A stretch of DNA of 64,000 bases from Tolypothrix carrinoi HA7290-LM1 (GCA_019358935.1 JAHHIK010000013.1:38007-102006), one strand, 5' to 3'; positions 39,901 through 51,622 are shown, numbered from the stretch's first letter. Numbers and translations: made by a program. The notes: generated by a model from the sequence alone, not told the origin.

Positions 39901-42139
39901 TTCTCACGTTCACTTCATTAAAAACTCTCTGCGATCGACATTGAAATTCTTACAAGTCTCTGTAGAACGAGCGATGGAAGTAGGCAATCTGGAGTTTGTC
40001 GGTTATGGTACGAGCGAATACGTAATGTACCACTTCTTTAGTGGGGAGAACTTAGAAATTATCAATCAAAAAGCTCTACCTTACGTCGAACTTGTCGATC
40101 GCGCTAAACAAGAATTAGGCATTTACTACATCCGCATTGCCCGACAAGTCGTTTTAAACTTCATCGGTTTGGCTGACGATTTGCTGGTATTAACGGGTGA
40201 TAGTTTCAACGAAGCGACAATGCTACCAAGTGTGTCAGCAGGAAATTGGCAAACGTTATTGTGTTGCTTTTATCTGTTCAAATTGATGTTAGCGTATCGA
40301 TTTGGTGATTACGAACAAGCATCAATCCACGCAAAATCAACGGCAGCGCATTCACAAGCTGTTGTCGGGATGATGATGATGTATGAGTACATTTTCTATC
40401 ATTCGCTGACTTTACTGCAATGCGATCTGGAAAATAGCGAAGAAGTACTTCCACAAGTACAAGCAAACCAAGCGATTTTAAAACAAAAAGCAGATTACGC
40501 ACCGATGAATTTTCAGCATAAATATGAGTTAGTCGAAGCGGAAATTGCCAGAGTTACAGGACAAACGCTGCTGGCAATGAATGCCTACGATGCTAGCATT
40601 CAATCGGCGAAAAATCACGAATTTACTCAAGATGAAGCTTTAGCGAACGAATTAGCCGCCAAGTTTTATTTAGGAATTAACAAGCCGAAAATTGCCGCAG
40701 CGTATTTGAATGATGCGTATTTGGGTTATATCAGTTGGGGTTCGCAACCATTGGCAGAGAATTTATTAACTCGTTACCCGGACTTGTTGAAACAGCATAC
40801 TCGTGGAAGCACTTCTACCACATCATCAACTACTGCTGCCTGGTTAGACTTATCCACCGTAGTCAAAGCTTCTCAAGCGATCGCTAGCGAACTGAGAATC
40901 AAGAATTTATTAAATCGATTAATTGCGATCGTCATCGAAAATGCTGCCGCACAACGAGGATTTTTGATTGCCGAAAAAGCTGGGGAATTTACCATCATCG
41001 CTGCCGGCACAATTGACCATCAAATTATCTCACCTTCAAATCAAACACAACTTCCCTTGGCAATTCTTAATTATGTGGTTCGCACCAGAGAAAGTATTGT
41101 TCTCAATCATGCAACTCACGAAGGAATTTTTATTAACGATCCATATATTAGAGAATATCAGCCGAAGTCTGTTCTGTGTACTCCGATTATCCATCAGGGA
41201 CAACTGAAAAATTTACTCTATTTAGAAAATTATATAACCACGGGAGCCTTTACCGTTGAACGTTTAGAAATATTAAAATTGCTGTCTGCTCAAATTGCCG
41301 TTTCCTTAGAAAATTCCCAACTCTATGAAAATCTAGCACAAACAAATGCGGAATTAGCAGCTGCCAATAGCCAATTAGAACAGTATACTCAAACATTAGA
41401 AGCAACTGTAGCAGAACGCACTTTAGAATTACAACAGAAAAATACTCGTTTGGAGCAAACAACAACACAACTCACCTTAATTAACGGCGAACTGGAAAGC
41501 TTTTCTTCTTCAGTTTCTCATGACTTGCGATCGCCTCTGCGACGAATTGACTATTTTAGCCAAATGCTCGCAGAATCTCTTAACGATTCCTTAACTGCAA
41601 CTCGTCAAGATTACCTCAATCGCATTCAAAATTCAACTCAACACATGCGACAATTGATTGACGATTTGTTGCGATTATCGCAAATCAGCCGCTCTCAATT
41701 GCATCGCACTCAAGTAAACTTGAGTACAATGGTACAGGCGATCGCCCAAGACCTAGAAAAAGACCAACCAAGACAGGTAAAGTTCCAAATTACCCCAGAT
41801 TTAACCACTTCTGCCGATGCTAATTTATTGCGGGCAGCACTGGAAAACTTACTGGGCAATGCCTGGAAATACACGCGCAATCGTGAATATACGCAAATTG
41901 ATTTTGGTAAGCTTGATAATGATGTCTTCTTTATTCGCGATAACGGTGTCGGTTTCGATATGAATGATTCAGACAATCTATTTCAACCTTTTCAACGGCT
42001 GCATTCTGCCAAAGAATTTGAAGGAAATGGCATTGGTTTAGCCACAGTTGCCCGAATCATCCACCGTCATGGTGGGCGAATCTGGGCAGAGGGCAAGGTT
42101 GGGGAAGGAGCAACTTTTTATTTTACCTTAGAAGGATAA
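36929..42139 (+). pseudogene. Ser/Thr kinase-AAA-GAF-histidine kinase (HstK-type) interrupted by two in-frame TAA codons
   Basis: HKDIKPKN, DFS, GYSGIGKS, LDDLQW, GAF, SHDLRSP; TAA at 38732-34 and 38849-51 in one continuous frame. Confidence 0.8.
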
Positions 42140-42147
42140 ACAAAGGT

Positions 42148-44127
42148 ATGGGCAAACCACTACATGTCCTGATTGTCGAAGATTCAGAAGATGACATGCT
42201 GGTGCTGCTGCATATATTGGAGCAGAATAACTACGACGTAATTTATTTGCAGGTAGAAACATCTGCCGATATGAGTGCTGCTTTAGAGAGCCAACCTTGG
42301 GATGTAATTATTTGTGATTATGTTATTCCTGGATTTGGCGCTCCCAAAGCCTTGTCCCTGCTGAAAGAGAAAAAATTAGATATTCCCTTTATTATTGTTT
42401 CCGGCTCAATCACCGAAGAAACTGCCGTCACTTCTTTAAAAGCTGGAGCTTCTGATTTTGTCTTAAAAGAGCGGATGGTACGCTTAGTTCCGGCAATCGA
42501 GCGGGAAATTAAAGAAGCACGCATCCGGGAAAAACAACGCCAAACCGAAATCGCTCTGCAAGAAACCGAACAACAATTGAGGTTAGCGCTGAAAATGGCT
42601 AAACTCGGCTCTTGGGAATTGAATTTACAAACGAATATTTTGTCTACTTCAGTTCAGTGCAAAATTAATTTTGGTTTACCGCTGGACGCTGATTTTTCCC
42701 ATCAAATATTGATGAGTCGGATTCATCCTGACGATCGCATGCGGGTACAAAAAGCGATCGCCTCTTCGATAGCTTCTGATACAGATTACGATGTCGAGTA
42801 TCGCAACATCTGGGCAGATAACACTATCCACTGGGTATTGGTGCGAGGTCGTTGTATTTACGACTCGGTAGGAAATCCTTTGCGAATGGTAGGCATGTCA
42901 ATGGATATTACCGAGCGCAAACTTGCCGAAGTTGAGCGAGAAGAATTGCTCAAGCGATCGCTTGCAGCACAAGAGCAAGCGGAAACTGCGAACCGCATCA
43001 AAGATGAGTTTCTTGCCGTTTTATCTCATGAATTGCGTACCCCACTCAATCCGATTCTCGGTTGGACAACCCTTTTACGCACTAAAAAATTTGACCCAGT
43101 AACAATCGAACGCGCTTTAGAAACAATTGAGCGTAACGCTAAGTTGCAGACTCAACTAATTAACGATTTGCTTGACATTTCCCGAATTCTGCGCGGCAAA
43201 CTGAGCTTAACTGTAATGCCCGTCAATCTGGAGACTATTATATCATCTGCCCTGGAAACCGTGCAATTATCCGCTCAAGCCAAATCGCTGCAAATCCAGA
43301 TGGCGATGGCTCCTTTTATTGGCGCAGTCAAAGGCGATGAAGCGCGTTTGCAGCAAGTAATATGGAATCTATTATCCAACGCGATCAAGTTCACAGAATC
43401 AGGTGGAATTATTCAGGTGAGCTTGACAAAAGTCGGAAAATATGCACAAATTCAGGTAAAAGATTCCGGAAAAGGAATTAACACCAGCTTTCTGCCTTAC
43501 GTGTTTGAACATTTCCGGCAAGAAGATAGTGCAACGACGCGCAAATTTGGCGGATTGGGATTGGGACTGGCGATCGCCAATCAAATCGTCGAACTGCACG
43601 GGGGTACGTTGAGTGCAGATAGTCCAGGTGTCGGAGGGGGAGCTACATTTACAGTCCAAATTCCTTTATTGCAAACATATGATGAGATGCCGTCTGCAAA
43701 GATATCATCAGAATTAAAAGTTGATTTAAACGGGATTAAAATTTTAGTAGTCGATGACGATGCGGACTCGCGGGAGTTTATTAACTTTGTCTTAAAGCAA
43801 GAAAAGGCGATCGTCACAACCGCAGCATCAGGATTTGATGCATTGCAAGTAGTTGAGCGCTCAATTTTTGATATTGTCGTCAGTGATGTGGGGATGCCCG
43901 GTATGGATGGATATATGCTGATGCGGCAACTACGCAGGCTGACTGCTCAACAAACCAAAGACATAAAAGCGATCGCGCTTACCGCTTATGCGGGAGAATT
44001 AGATCGACAGCAAGCAAAAGAGGCAGGCTTTCACCAACATTTAGCTAAACCGGTTGAAATTAATGAATTAGTTCAGGCGATCGCTACATTAATGCAGAGA
44101 AACACCAATTCATATTTGATATTGTAG
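42148..44127 (+). CDS. Hybrid histidine kinase (REC-PAS-HisKA-HATPase-REC)
   Basis: IVEDSEDD, IHPDD, SHELRTPL, GLGLGL, SDVGMP. Confidence 0.92.
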   Translation: MGKPLHVLIVEDSEDDMLVLLHILEQNNYDVIYLQVETSADMSAALESQPWDVIICDYVIPGFGAPKALSLLKEKKLDIPFIIVSGSITEETAVTSLKAGASDFVLKERMVRLVPAIEREIKEARIREKQRQTEIALQETEQQLRLALKMAKLGSWELNLQTNILSTSVQCKINFGLPLDADFSHQILMSRIHPDDRMRVQKAIASSIASDTDYDVEYRNIWADNTIHWVLVRGRCIYDSVGNPLRMVGMSMDITERKLAEVEREELLKRSLAAQEQAETANRIKDEFLAVLSHELRTPLNPILGWTTLLRTKKFDPVTIERALETIERNAKLQTQLINDLLDISRILRGKLSLTVMPVNLETIISSALETVQLSAQAKSLQIQMAMAPFIGAVKGDEARLQQVIWNLLSNAIKFTESGGIIQVSLTKVGKYAQIQVKDSGKGINTSFLPYVFEHFRQEDSATTRKFGGLGLGLAIANQIVELHGGTLSADSPGVGGGATFTVQIPLLQTYDEMPSAKISSELKVDLNGIKILVVDDDADSREFINFVLKQEKAIVTTAASGFDALQVVERSIFDIVVSDVGMPGMDGYMLMRQLRRLTAQQTKDIKAIALTAYAGELDRQQAKEAGFHQHLAKPVEINELVQAIATLMQRNTNSYLIL

Positions 44128-44152
44128 AGACGTTCCGGCGGAACGTCTCTAC
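44124..44152. repeat. GTAG-type REP palindrome
   Basis: GTAGAGACGTTCC-GGC-GGAACGTCTCTAC; degenerate copy near 15891. Confidence 0.75.
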
Positions 44153-44255
44153 GGCGGTGCGTCTATGGTATATAGTAATCCGAGGAGGAATCGCCAAAAA
44201 CAAGAACCCCGATTAAAGAAGTCAGGGTTCTGAAAATAGTCAATTTTCACAAAAT

Positions 44256-44738
44256 ATGTCAGATAAACCTTTAGGTAAACCCCGTCCATTATCGCGAGTA
44301 CTTTTCTTATCTGTTATCAGCGGTATGCTATATTACGGCTGGTACAAGTGGATTATTCAAGAAGAACTCCGCCATTATAACGGCTTTGGTTGGTCAGGTA
44401 CGCTATCTTTAGCGCCTTTTTTATTGGGAATAGCAGTTCCCCAAGCATTGCGGATATTCGATCCAGATGTTCCCGGTTGGTTTGGTTGGTTTTCGCTCTT
44501 AGGTATTGTCTGGATTTATATAGTTCAATTTAAGTTATATAAAACCGTAAACCAACTATACAGTCAAGGGGGAATGAAAGAACCGCTTGTAGTTTGGTGG
44601 CTGTTTATACCAGGTTTAAATTTAATTGTAGGCTTGAGACAAATTCACTTTTTGAGTCAATTTTGGGCAAAAGAACAAGGAATAATTGTTAAAGATTCTT
44701 TAACAGAAAATATTCAATTGTTCTCAAAAAATGCATAA
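44256..44738 (+). CDS. Small membrane protein (DUF4234-like)
   Basis: Several TM segments, LYYGWYKW pattern. Confidence 0.6.
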   Translation: MSDKPLGKPRPLSRVLFLSVISGMLYYGWYKWIIQEELRHYNGFGWSGTLSLAPFLLGIAVPQALRIFDPDVPGWFGWFSLLGIVWIYIVQFKLYKTVNQLYSQGGMKEPLVVWWLFIPGLNLIVGLRQIHFLSQFWAKEQGIIVKDSLTENIQLFSKNA

Positions 44739-44874
44739 ATAAATATTGTTATGGCTAATTTCAGCAGTCACGCATAGAACATAAATTTAGGTTCGTAGTA
44801 AGCACTTCAGTGCTTAAAATAAGCGCTTAAGCGCTTACTACGCGCATTCTCTAATTAATATTTAACCAGCAAAC

Positions 44875-45972
44875 ATGATGAATTCCCCTACCAATCTTTT
44901 CACACCCATCGAACTTGGTGACTACACCCTCCCCAACCGGATGATTATGGCACCAATGACACGTTTGCGGGCAATTGAAAGCATCCCCAACTCCTTAATG
45001 GCAACTTACTACACCCAACGGGTAAGCGCTGGATTAATTGTCACCGAATGCACAATGGTTTCACCCCTCAGTCTGGGATACATGAACTGTCCGGGTATCT
45101 ACACAGAGGAACAAGTTGCCGGATGGCGGTTGGTAACAGATGCAGTGCATGAAAAAGGGGGACGAATTTTCTTGCAACTTTGGCATTGTGGGCGAGTTTC
45201 GCACCCCAGTTTACTTGATGGACAATTGCCAGTTGCGCCGAGTGCGATCGCTGGAGTTGGCGAACTCCACACCCCGGTCGGCAAAGTATCTTTAGAAACA
45301 CCCCGCGTCTTATCAACTGATGAAATACCGGAAATAGTCGCACAATTTCGCCTCGGTGCAGAAAACGCAAAAGCTGCTGGTTTTGATGGGGTGGAACTTC
45401 ACGGTGCTTTTGGCTATTTGATAGATGAATTTTTGCAAGATGGTTCCAACCAACGCACAGATGAGTATGGCGGGTCAATCGAGAAGCGATCGCGATTTAT
45501 GTTAGAAGTAGTTGAAGCCGTCGTTAGCGTCTGGGGTGCAAACCGTGTCGGCATTAAACTTTCACCCAGCAACACCTTCTACGGAATGTATGATTCCAAC
45601 TCAAAAGAGACATTTACTTACGCGATAAATGCGCTTAACTCCTTCAAACTCGCTTACCTTCACCTCATGGAACCGAATGAAGTCGATTTGAAAACCCGCG
45701 ACGTCATGAACCCCGTCACACCTTACTATCGCCAAATATATCAAGGTACATTAATCACCAACGGTGGCTACGATAACTTAAAAGGCGATCGTATCTTAGC
45801 TAAAGGCGATGCAGATTTAGTATCTTTTGGCAAATTATTTATCGCCAATCCTGACTTACCAAAACGCTTTCAAGAAAACGCCCAATTAAACACACCAGAT
45901 CCAAAAACATTTTACGCCCCAGATGCCAAAGGATACACTGATTACCCATTCCTAGAACTTCAAAATACTTGA
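44875..45972 (+). CDS. Old yellow enzyme family alkene reductase (NemA-like)
   Basis: MAPMTR, QLWHCGRVSH, GFDGVELHG, NQRTDEYGGS, GYTDYP. Confidence 0.92.
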   Translation: MMNSPTNLFTPIELGDYTLPNRMIMAPMTRLRAIESIPNSLMATYYTQRVSAGLIVTECTMVSPLSLGYMNCPGIYTEEQVAGWRLVTDAVHEKGGRIFLQLWHCGRVSHPSLLDGQLPVAPSAIAGVGELHTPVGKVSLETPRVLSTDEIPEIVAQFRLGAENAKAAGFDGVELHGAFGYLIDEFLQDGSNQRTDEYGGSIEKRSRFMLEVVEAVVSVWGANRVGIKLSPSNTFYGMYDSNSKETFTYAINALNSFKLAYLHLMEPNEVDLKTRDVMNPVTPYYRQIYQGTLITNGGYDNLKGDRILAKGDADLVSFGKLFIANPDLPKRFQENAQLNTPDPKTFYAPDAKGYTDYPFLELQNT

Positions 45973-46353
45973 ACCAATCACAACTTATCCAATTAATCAA
46001 GCATCCCAACTAACAAACCGTAAAATCTTTTCCGCCTTATAATTATTCACAGAACAGCTAACAAAACGGATGACTGAAATATAAGAAATACTTTCCCAAA
46101 TATTTCTTAACATATCGAGACTTACGCAAAAATCCTCTCTCATCCTTCTTTCTCCGCGTCCTCCGCGCCTCTGCGGTTCGTCTCATTACTTTACGTAAGT
46201 CCCGTATAGCCGTTTTCAAGACTGTTCCCATCAACTATAGCGGCTCTCTTATTGAATAAACTACATAGATTCTCCAGTTTATACTTACTAGGAATCTGTA
46301 ATTCATCCAACAGCGACTCGCTATAAACATTACCTTCAAAGGTGACAAAAAAT

Positions 46354-47067
46354 ATGGATCTGTCAAACTTTAGCACTCACCAAAACTTAGAAGCTGCCTT
46401 TGGTGGTGAATCGATGGCGAATCGCAAATATTTGTTTTTTGCTGACGTGGCACGTAAACTAGGGTTTGCAGACTTAGCGAAACTTTTTAGAGAAACAGCA
46501 GAACAAGAAACACAACATGCTTTCGCACATTTTGTTTTGCTACATCCAGAACTTGTTGTAGAAGATCCAACAGCTTTAACTGAAGAACAAAAGCGAGAAA
46601 TTATGTCTCGCTGTCTATCTTTGGCAGTTGAAGGTGAAACCTATGAATACACTACAATGTATCCAGAATTTGCCGCAGCTGCTCAAAAAGATAGAGACAA
46701 TCCGGCTACAGAAGAATTTCTCAAACAAGCTAAAGAATCAGCCGATCATGCTAATATATTTCGCGAAGCCGCGCATCGTTTTGGCTTGCTGAAATTCGTA
46801 GAAAATTACCACGCCGATCGCTACGCAGAAGCTTTAGAAGTATTGAATGGAGGAAATGCAGCACCCAAAGCAGCAGGTGACGATGCAAAAACTCGCAAAT
46901 GGATTTGCAAAGTATGCAGCATGATTTACGATCCGATTGCCGGCGATCCTGATTCAGGAATTGCACCGGGTACACCTTTTGAAGAAATTCCCGATGATTG
47001 GCATTGTCCCATATGCGGTGCTAGTAAAAAAAGTTTTACACCGCTTGAGGAGAAAATTGCTGCTTGA
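46354..47067 (+). CDS. Rubrerythrin with C-terminal rubredoxin domain
   Basis: [33 protein letters not shown]...WHCPICG. Confidence 0.92.
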   Translation: MDLSNFSTHQNLEAAFGGESMANRKYLFFADVARKLGFADLAKLFRETAEQETQHAFAHFVLLHPELVVEDPTALTEEQKREIMSRCLSLAVEGETYEYTTMYPEFAAAAQKDRDNPATEEFLKQAKESADHANIFREAAHRFGLLKFVENYHADRYAEALEVLNGGNAAPKAAGDDAKTRKWICKVCSMIYDPIAGDPDSGIAPGTPFEEIPDDWHCPICGASKKSFTPLEEKIAA

Positions 47068-47160
47068 TATAGCAATAAATTAGGTATTTTATTAAGCACC
47101 TTGGCGTGGTATCTCTAGAGATGCCTCGCCAATTTGCCTATTCGCCTACAAAATAATATC

Positions 47161-48351
47161 ATGAATTCAGAAGAAAATCAACAATTTGAACGCCAAAAAC
47201 CACTTTATAAAGATGCCAATTTTCAGATAATTTGTGCAGTTTCTCTAATGGCAGTTCTCGGAGTAGCCAGCGTAGGTCCAGCTTTTCCCTATTTAGCTGA
47301 AGCCTTGAAAGTTAATCCGAAAAATAACGGTTTATTGGTTACAGTATTCACCCTTCCGGCTGTAGTTTTAGGTCCTGTTATTGGTGTCCTTGCCGATAGA
47401 TTGGGCAGAAAGAAAATTATCGTTCCCTCACTGTTTTTATTTGGAATCGCTGGTACGGCTTGCGCTTTTGCCCGTGACTTTAACCTTTTATTATTGTTGC
47501 GTTTCTTGCAAGGAATTGGTGCTGCTTCTTTGCCTTCTTTAAGCGTCACCTTACTTGGCGATTTATATGCAGCAGACAAACGCACTACTGCAATGGGTTA
47601 CAACGCCAGTGTCAGCAGTATCGGCACAGCAAGTTATCCCGCAATTGGTGGGGCATTAGCAACACTTGGCTGGTTTTATCCCTTTATGCTGCCCATAATA
47701 GCGATTCCTATCGGCTTTTTGGTGTTATTTAAATTAAAAAATCCGGAACCGAAAGGAAACCGAAACCTGAAAGAATATTTGAGAAATGCTGGCAAAGTTT
47801 TGAAAAATCGCCAACTTTTTGGACTTTTCATTGCTAGCGCTGCTAACTTCTTTCTCCTCTACGGTGCTTATGTAATTTATTTACCACAATTAATTAAAAA
47901 TACATTCAAACAACCGCCTTGGACAATTGGATTGATACTCTCAAGTGTTTCTGTGGCGCTTGCTATCACAGCTTTACAGTTAGGAAAAATATCCAGAAAA
48001 TTTTCCGCAACAACTTTAATTAGAGCATCTTTTGTTTTGTATGCGTTAGCTCTATTCATTGTTCCCTTCCTACCCAATATCTGGTTATTATTAATCCCAA
48101 CCACAATTTTTGGCGTAGGTTTGGGTATTGGTTTGCCCAGTACCCAAACACTTTTAGCAGAGTTAGCACCAAGAGAATATCTGGCTACAATTCTATCAGT
48201 AAATGGTACATTTTTCGGTTTAGGGCAAACCCTCGGACCGCTGCTGATGGGAATAGTTTTTGGTATTGGCGGAATTAATAGCGTGTTTTTTACAGGTGTA
48301 GGTTTTGCAATTCTTACCCTGATTGTGTTTAGATATTGCACTTGCTTGTAA
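47161..48351 (+). CDS. MFS transporter
   Basis: GVLADRLGRK motif A, about 12 TM segments. Confidence 0.9.
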   Translation: MNSEENQQFERQKPLYKDANFQIICAVSLMAVLGVASVGPAFPYLAEALKVNPKNNGLLVTVFTLPAVVLGPVIGVLADRLGRKKIIVPSLFLFGIAGTACAFARDFNLLLLLRFLQGIGAASLPSLSVTLLGDLYAADKRTTAMGYNASVSSIGTASYPAIGGALATLGWFYPFMLPIIAIPIGFLVLFKLKNPEPKGNRNLKEYLRNAGKVLKNRQLFGLFIASAANFFLLYGAYVIYLPQLIKNTFKQPPWTIGLILSSVSVALAITALQLGKISRKFSATTLIRASFVLYALALFIVPFLPNIWLLLIPTTIFGVGLGIGLPSTQTLLAELAPREYLATILSVNGTFFGLGQTLGPLLMGIVFGIGGINSVFFTGVGFAILTLIVFRYCTCL

Positions 48352-48452
48352 TCTGCAACCCCCTGGTTTATACCGCAAGCAAGATGTGTAATATCAACTT
48401 TGCGTAAATACTGTTTTTATCTGTTTTGCGTAATAGGGAATGGGGCATGGGG

Positions 48453-48497
48453 GAGGCAGTGCGTTGGACGGGTTCCCCGGCTTGAAGCATCTGCCGT
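48453..48497 (+). mobile_element. 45-nt small dispersed element
   Basis: Same length and termini as the 27043 copy with a different 19-nt core. Confidence 0.65.
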
Positions 48498-48657
48498 CAT
48501 GGGGCATGGGGCATGGAAAGAATCCTAATTAGAACGCGCATCAAAAATCGAGCATCTTTAATTCCCAATGCCCAATGCCCAATGCCCCATTCCCTAGTCC
48601 CAGACTACACTGCTAGGAAAAAGTCAACTGAACTTAATATTATTTAATGAATTAGCG

Positions 48658-49053
48658 ATGAAAGTAGGATCTGCATACACAAGACTCTTAGTCTCTGACT
48701 TGAAAACTTCCTTTGATTTCTACAGAGATGTTATGGGATTTGAAGTAAAAAACGAAAATCTAGAAGATGGATACGCTGAATTTAAAGTTGGAGACATGAA
48801 ACTGAGTTTATTCCGGCGACAAGAAATGGCACAGATGATTGCCAATACTGCCAAGCCACCTCATGCCGAATGTCAAGATAATGTAGCCTTAATTTTTACA
48901 GTGCATGATGTAGAAGAAGAGTATGAGAAATTAACCCATCAAGGTGTTAAGTTTACCACCGCTCCAATGAACAATCCCTACTACGGAATTAAAACAGCTT
49001 ATCTACGAGATCCAGACGGAACTTTAATTGGACTATTTGAACTGTTAGTCTAA
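48658..49053 (+). CDS. VOC/glyoxalase family protein
   Basis: FYRDVMGF, AYLRDPDGTLI. Confidence 0.85.
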   Translation: MKVGSAYTRLLVSDLKTSFDFYRDVMGFEVKNENLEDGYAEFKVGDMKLSLFRRQEMAQMIANTAKPPHAECQDNVALIFTVHDVEEEYEKLTHQGVKFTTAPMNNPYYGIKTAYLRDPDGTLIGLFELLV

Positions 49054-49248
49054 CTGTTAGTTGTTGGTAGTTAGTTGTTAGTAGTTAGTTGTTGGTTGAT
49101 AGTTGTTGGTTGTTGGTTGACGGTTGATGGTTAACAGTCAACAGTTATCGACTAACCACTATCCACTATCCACCAACCACTATCCACTATCCACTATCAA
49201 CTATCCACTCCCCACTCCCCACTCCCCATTCCCCATTATTGAAACGCT

Positions 49249-50913
49249 ATGGCTAAACCTGTGATTCTAACGGTTGATGACGATCCAGAAGTTTTGCAAG
49301 CTGTGGCGCGGGATTTGCGTCAGGAATATGGCGATCGCTTCCGCATCTTGCGTGCTGATTCAGGTGCTAGTGCCTTAGAAGCATTGGAACAAATAAAACT
49401 CCGCAACCAGCCTGTGGCACTGTTCCTCGTCGATCAGCGGATGCCGCAAATGTCTGGTGTCGAGTTTTTAGAACAAGCGCTATCCATGTTCCCAGACGCA
49501 AAACGCGCACTACTTACCGCTTATGCAGACACCGATGCCGCTATTCGTGCCATCAACACCACGAAAATCGATTACTACTTAATGAAGCCGTGGGACCCCC
49601 CACAAGAACGCTTGTATCCCGTGCTGAACGATTTGCTTGATGACTGGCAAGCCACATTCCACCCACCATTTGAAGGCATTCGCGTCATAGGCAACCGCTG
49701 GTCTCCCCAATCCCATCAAGCCAAAGACTTTCTCGCCCGAAATCAAATCCCCTATCAGTGGATGGACATCGAATTATCACCAGAAGCGCAGCAGCTCGTT
49801 GAATACGCTGATTGTGATAATTTACACCTACCCCTTGTTCTCTTCGCCGACGGTTCCAGCTTGATGCAGCCAAGCAACGTGCAAATTGCCGAGAAAATTG
49901 GCTTGCAAACTCAAGCAGAAAAACCCTTTTATGACTTAATTATCATTGGTGGCGGTCCCGGTGGTTTAGCCGCTGCTGTATATGGCGCATCAGAAGGGCT
50001 ACGCACCGTCATGATAGAACGCGAGGCTCCAGGCGGACAAGCCGGCACCAGTTCCCGCATCGAAAATTACCTCGGCTTTCCCGTGGGTTTGAGTGGTGGC
50101 GATTTGGCGCGGCGTGCCGTGACTCAAGCAAGACGCTTCGGCGTGGAGATTCTCACACCGCAAGAAGTTACGGGAATTCGCGTAGAAGACCCGTATCGTT
50201 TTGTGCAGTTGTCAGACGGTAGCGAAATCAGTTGCCACGCCATCATTTTGGCGCTGGGCGTAGCTTGGCGGCGGTTGAACGTACCCGGACTCGAAAAACT
50301 AACTGGCGCAGGCGTGTACTACGGTGCAGCGCAAACAGAAGCGATGAGTTGCCAAGGGGAAGAAGTGTACATCATTGGTGGCGCAAACTCTGCCGGACAA
50401 GCTGCGATGTACTTTTCTAAATACGCCTCGCATGTAACGATGTTGGTACGTGGCGACTCTTTAACTAAGAGCATGTCTCAATACCTAATAGACCAAATCG
50501 GTGAAACACCGAACATCACAGTAAAGACACATACTAGCGTGATTGAGGCAAAAGGTGAGACTTCTTTAGAAGCGCTGACAATTGTGAATGCGCTGACAGG
50601 GGAAACGCAAACGGTGCCGGCGACATCACTATTTATCTTTATTGGTGCCCAACCGCGCACCGACTGGTTAAATGGTGTGGTGGAAAAAGGCGATCGCGGC
50701 TTTATTTTAACAGGTCCCGATTTACAACTTAATCAACGCCGCCCGAAAGGATGGACACTCGAACGCGATCCTTATCTATTAGAAACCAACATCCCCGGTG
50801 TTTTTGCAGTCGGTGACGTGCGTCAAGGTTCAGTCAAGCGAGTTGCTTCCAGCGTCGGTGAAGGGTCAATTTGCGTTCAATTTGTGCATCAATATCTCAG
50901 CAACGTAGTGTGA
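49249..50913 (+). CDS. Response-regulator-fused thioredoxin-reductase-like flavoprotein (REC / Grx-like / FAD-NAD(P))
   Basis: VDDD..LVDQRMP..KPW; GGGPGG; IENYLGFP; GGANSAG; FAVGDV; no CxxC. Confidence 0.88.
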   Translation: MAKPVILTVDDDPEVLQAVARDLRQEYGDRFRILRADSGASALEALEQIKLRNQPVALFLVDQRMPQMSGVEFLEQALSMFPDAKRALLTAYADTDAAIRAINTTKIDYYLMKPWDPPQERLYPVLNDLLDDWQATFHPPFEGIRVIGNRWSPQSHQAKDFLARNQIPYQWMDIELSPEAQQLVEYADCDNLHLPLVLFADGSSLMQPSNVQIAEKIGLQTQAEKPFYDLIIIGGGPGGLAAAVYGASEGLRTVMIEREAPGGQAGTSSRIENYLGFPVGLSGGDLARRAVTQARRFGVEILTPQEVTGIRVEDPYRFVQLSDGSEISCHAIILALGVAWRRLNVPGLEKLTGAGVYYGAAQTEAMSCQGEEVYIIGGANSAGQAAMYFSKYASHVTMLVRGDSLTKSMSQYLIDQIGETPNITVKTHTSVIEAKGETSLEALTIVNALTGETQTVPATSLFIFIGAQPRTDWLNGVVEKGDRGFILTGPDLQLNQRRPKGWTLERDPYLLETNIPGVFAVGDVRQGSVKRVASSVGEGSICVQFVHQYLSNVV

Positions 50914-51060
50914 AACCTCTCCCCCAGCCCCTCCCCTACTAGGGGAGGGGAGTAATTTTCCCCCTTCCCTATTCCGGGAAGGGGGTTAGGGGGTTAGGTT
51001 TCTACATAAAACAATGAATTTTTGATGTCACAATGAAATAAAAATAGAGAGGTAAAATCC

Positions 51061-51285
51061 ATGCAACAAATAACTCTCGCTGAAGCATCTGAAAATTTGC
51101 CCGAATTAATTGAAGCCGCAATTAATGGTGAAGAAATCGTGATTACAAAAGACGAGCAGCCAGTTGTGAAACTCACTCCTGTATCGCCAGTGAAACGTCG
51201 CCCTTTATTTGGAAGTGCTAAAGACTTGATTACGATATCTGATGATTTTGACGAGTCTTTAGAAGACTTTAAGGATTATATGTAA
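51061..51285 (+). CDS. Phd/YefM-type antitoxin, copy 1
   Basis: LPELIEAAINGEEIVITK, ISDDFDESLEDF. Confidence 0.85.
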   Translation: MQQITLAEASENLPELIEAAINGEEIVITKDEQPVVKLTPVSPVKRRPLFGSAKDLITISDDFDESLEDFKDYM

Positions 51286-51350
51286 TGAGGCTACTGCTGG
51301 ATACTCATACATTCATTTGGTTCGTCATTGATAGCCCTCGAAGTGTCTAG
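51285..51350 (+). pseudogene. Truncated VapC (PIN) toxin remnant
   Basis: MRLLLDTHTFIWFVIDSPRSV* then junction to the duplicated upstream region. Confidence 0.8.
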
Positions 51351-51406
51351 GTTTCTTCATCAAACAATTAATTTTTCACACCACTAAAAATAGAGAGGTA
51401 AAGTCC

Positions 51407-51622
51407 ATGCAACAAATAACTCTCGCCGAAGCATCTCAACATTTGTCCGAATTAATTGAAGCCGCAATTAATGGTGAAGAAATCGTCATTGTTAAAGATG
51501 ACCAGCCTATTGCCAAACTCGTGCCTTTTAAGCGTGGTCGCCGTGCTGGTAGTGCTAAAGGCTTGATAACAATATCAGATGATTTTGACGAGCCTTTAGA
51601 AGACTTCAAGGATTATATGTAA
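51407..51622 (+). CDS. Phd/YefM-type antitoxin, copy 2
   Basis: Paralog of 51061-51285; TAATG coupling to the toxin. Confidence 0.85.
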   Translation: MQQITLAEASQHLSELIEAAINGEEIVIVKDDQPIAKLVPFKRGRRAGSAKGLITISDDFDEPLEDFKDYM

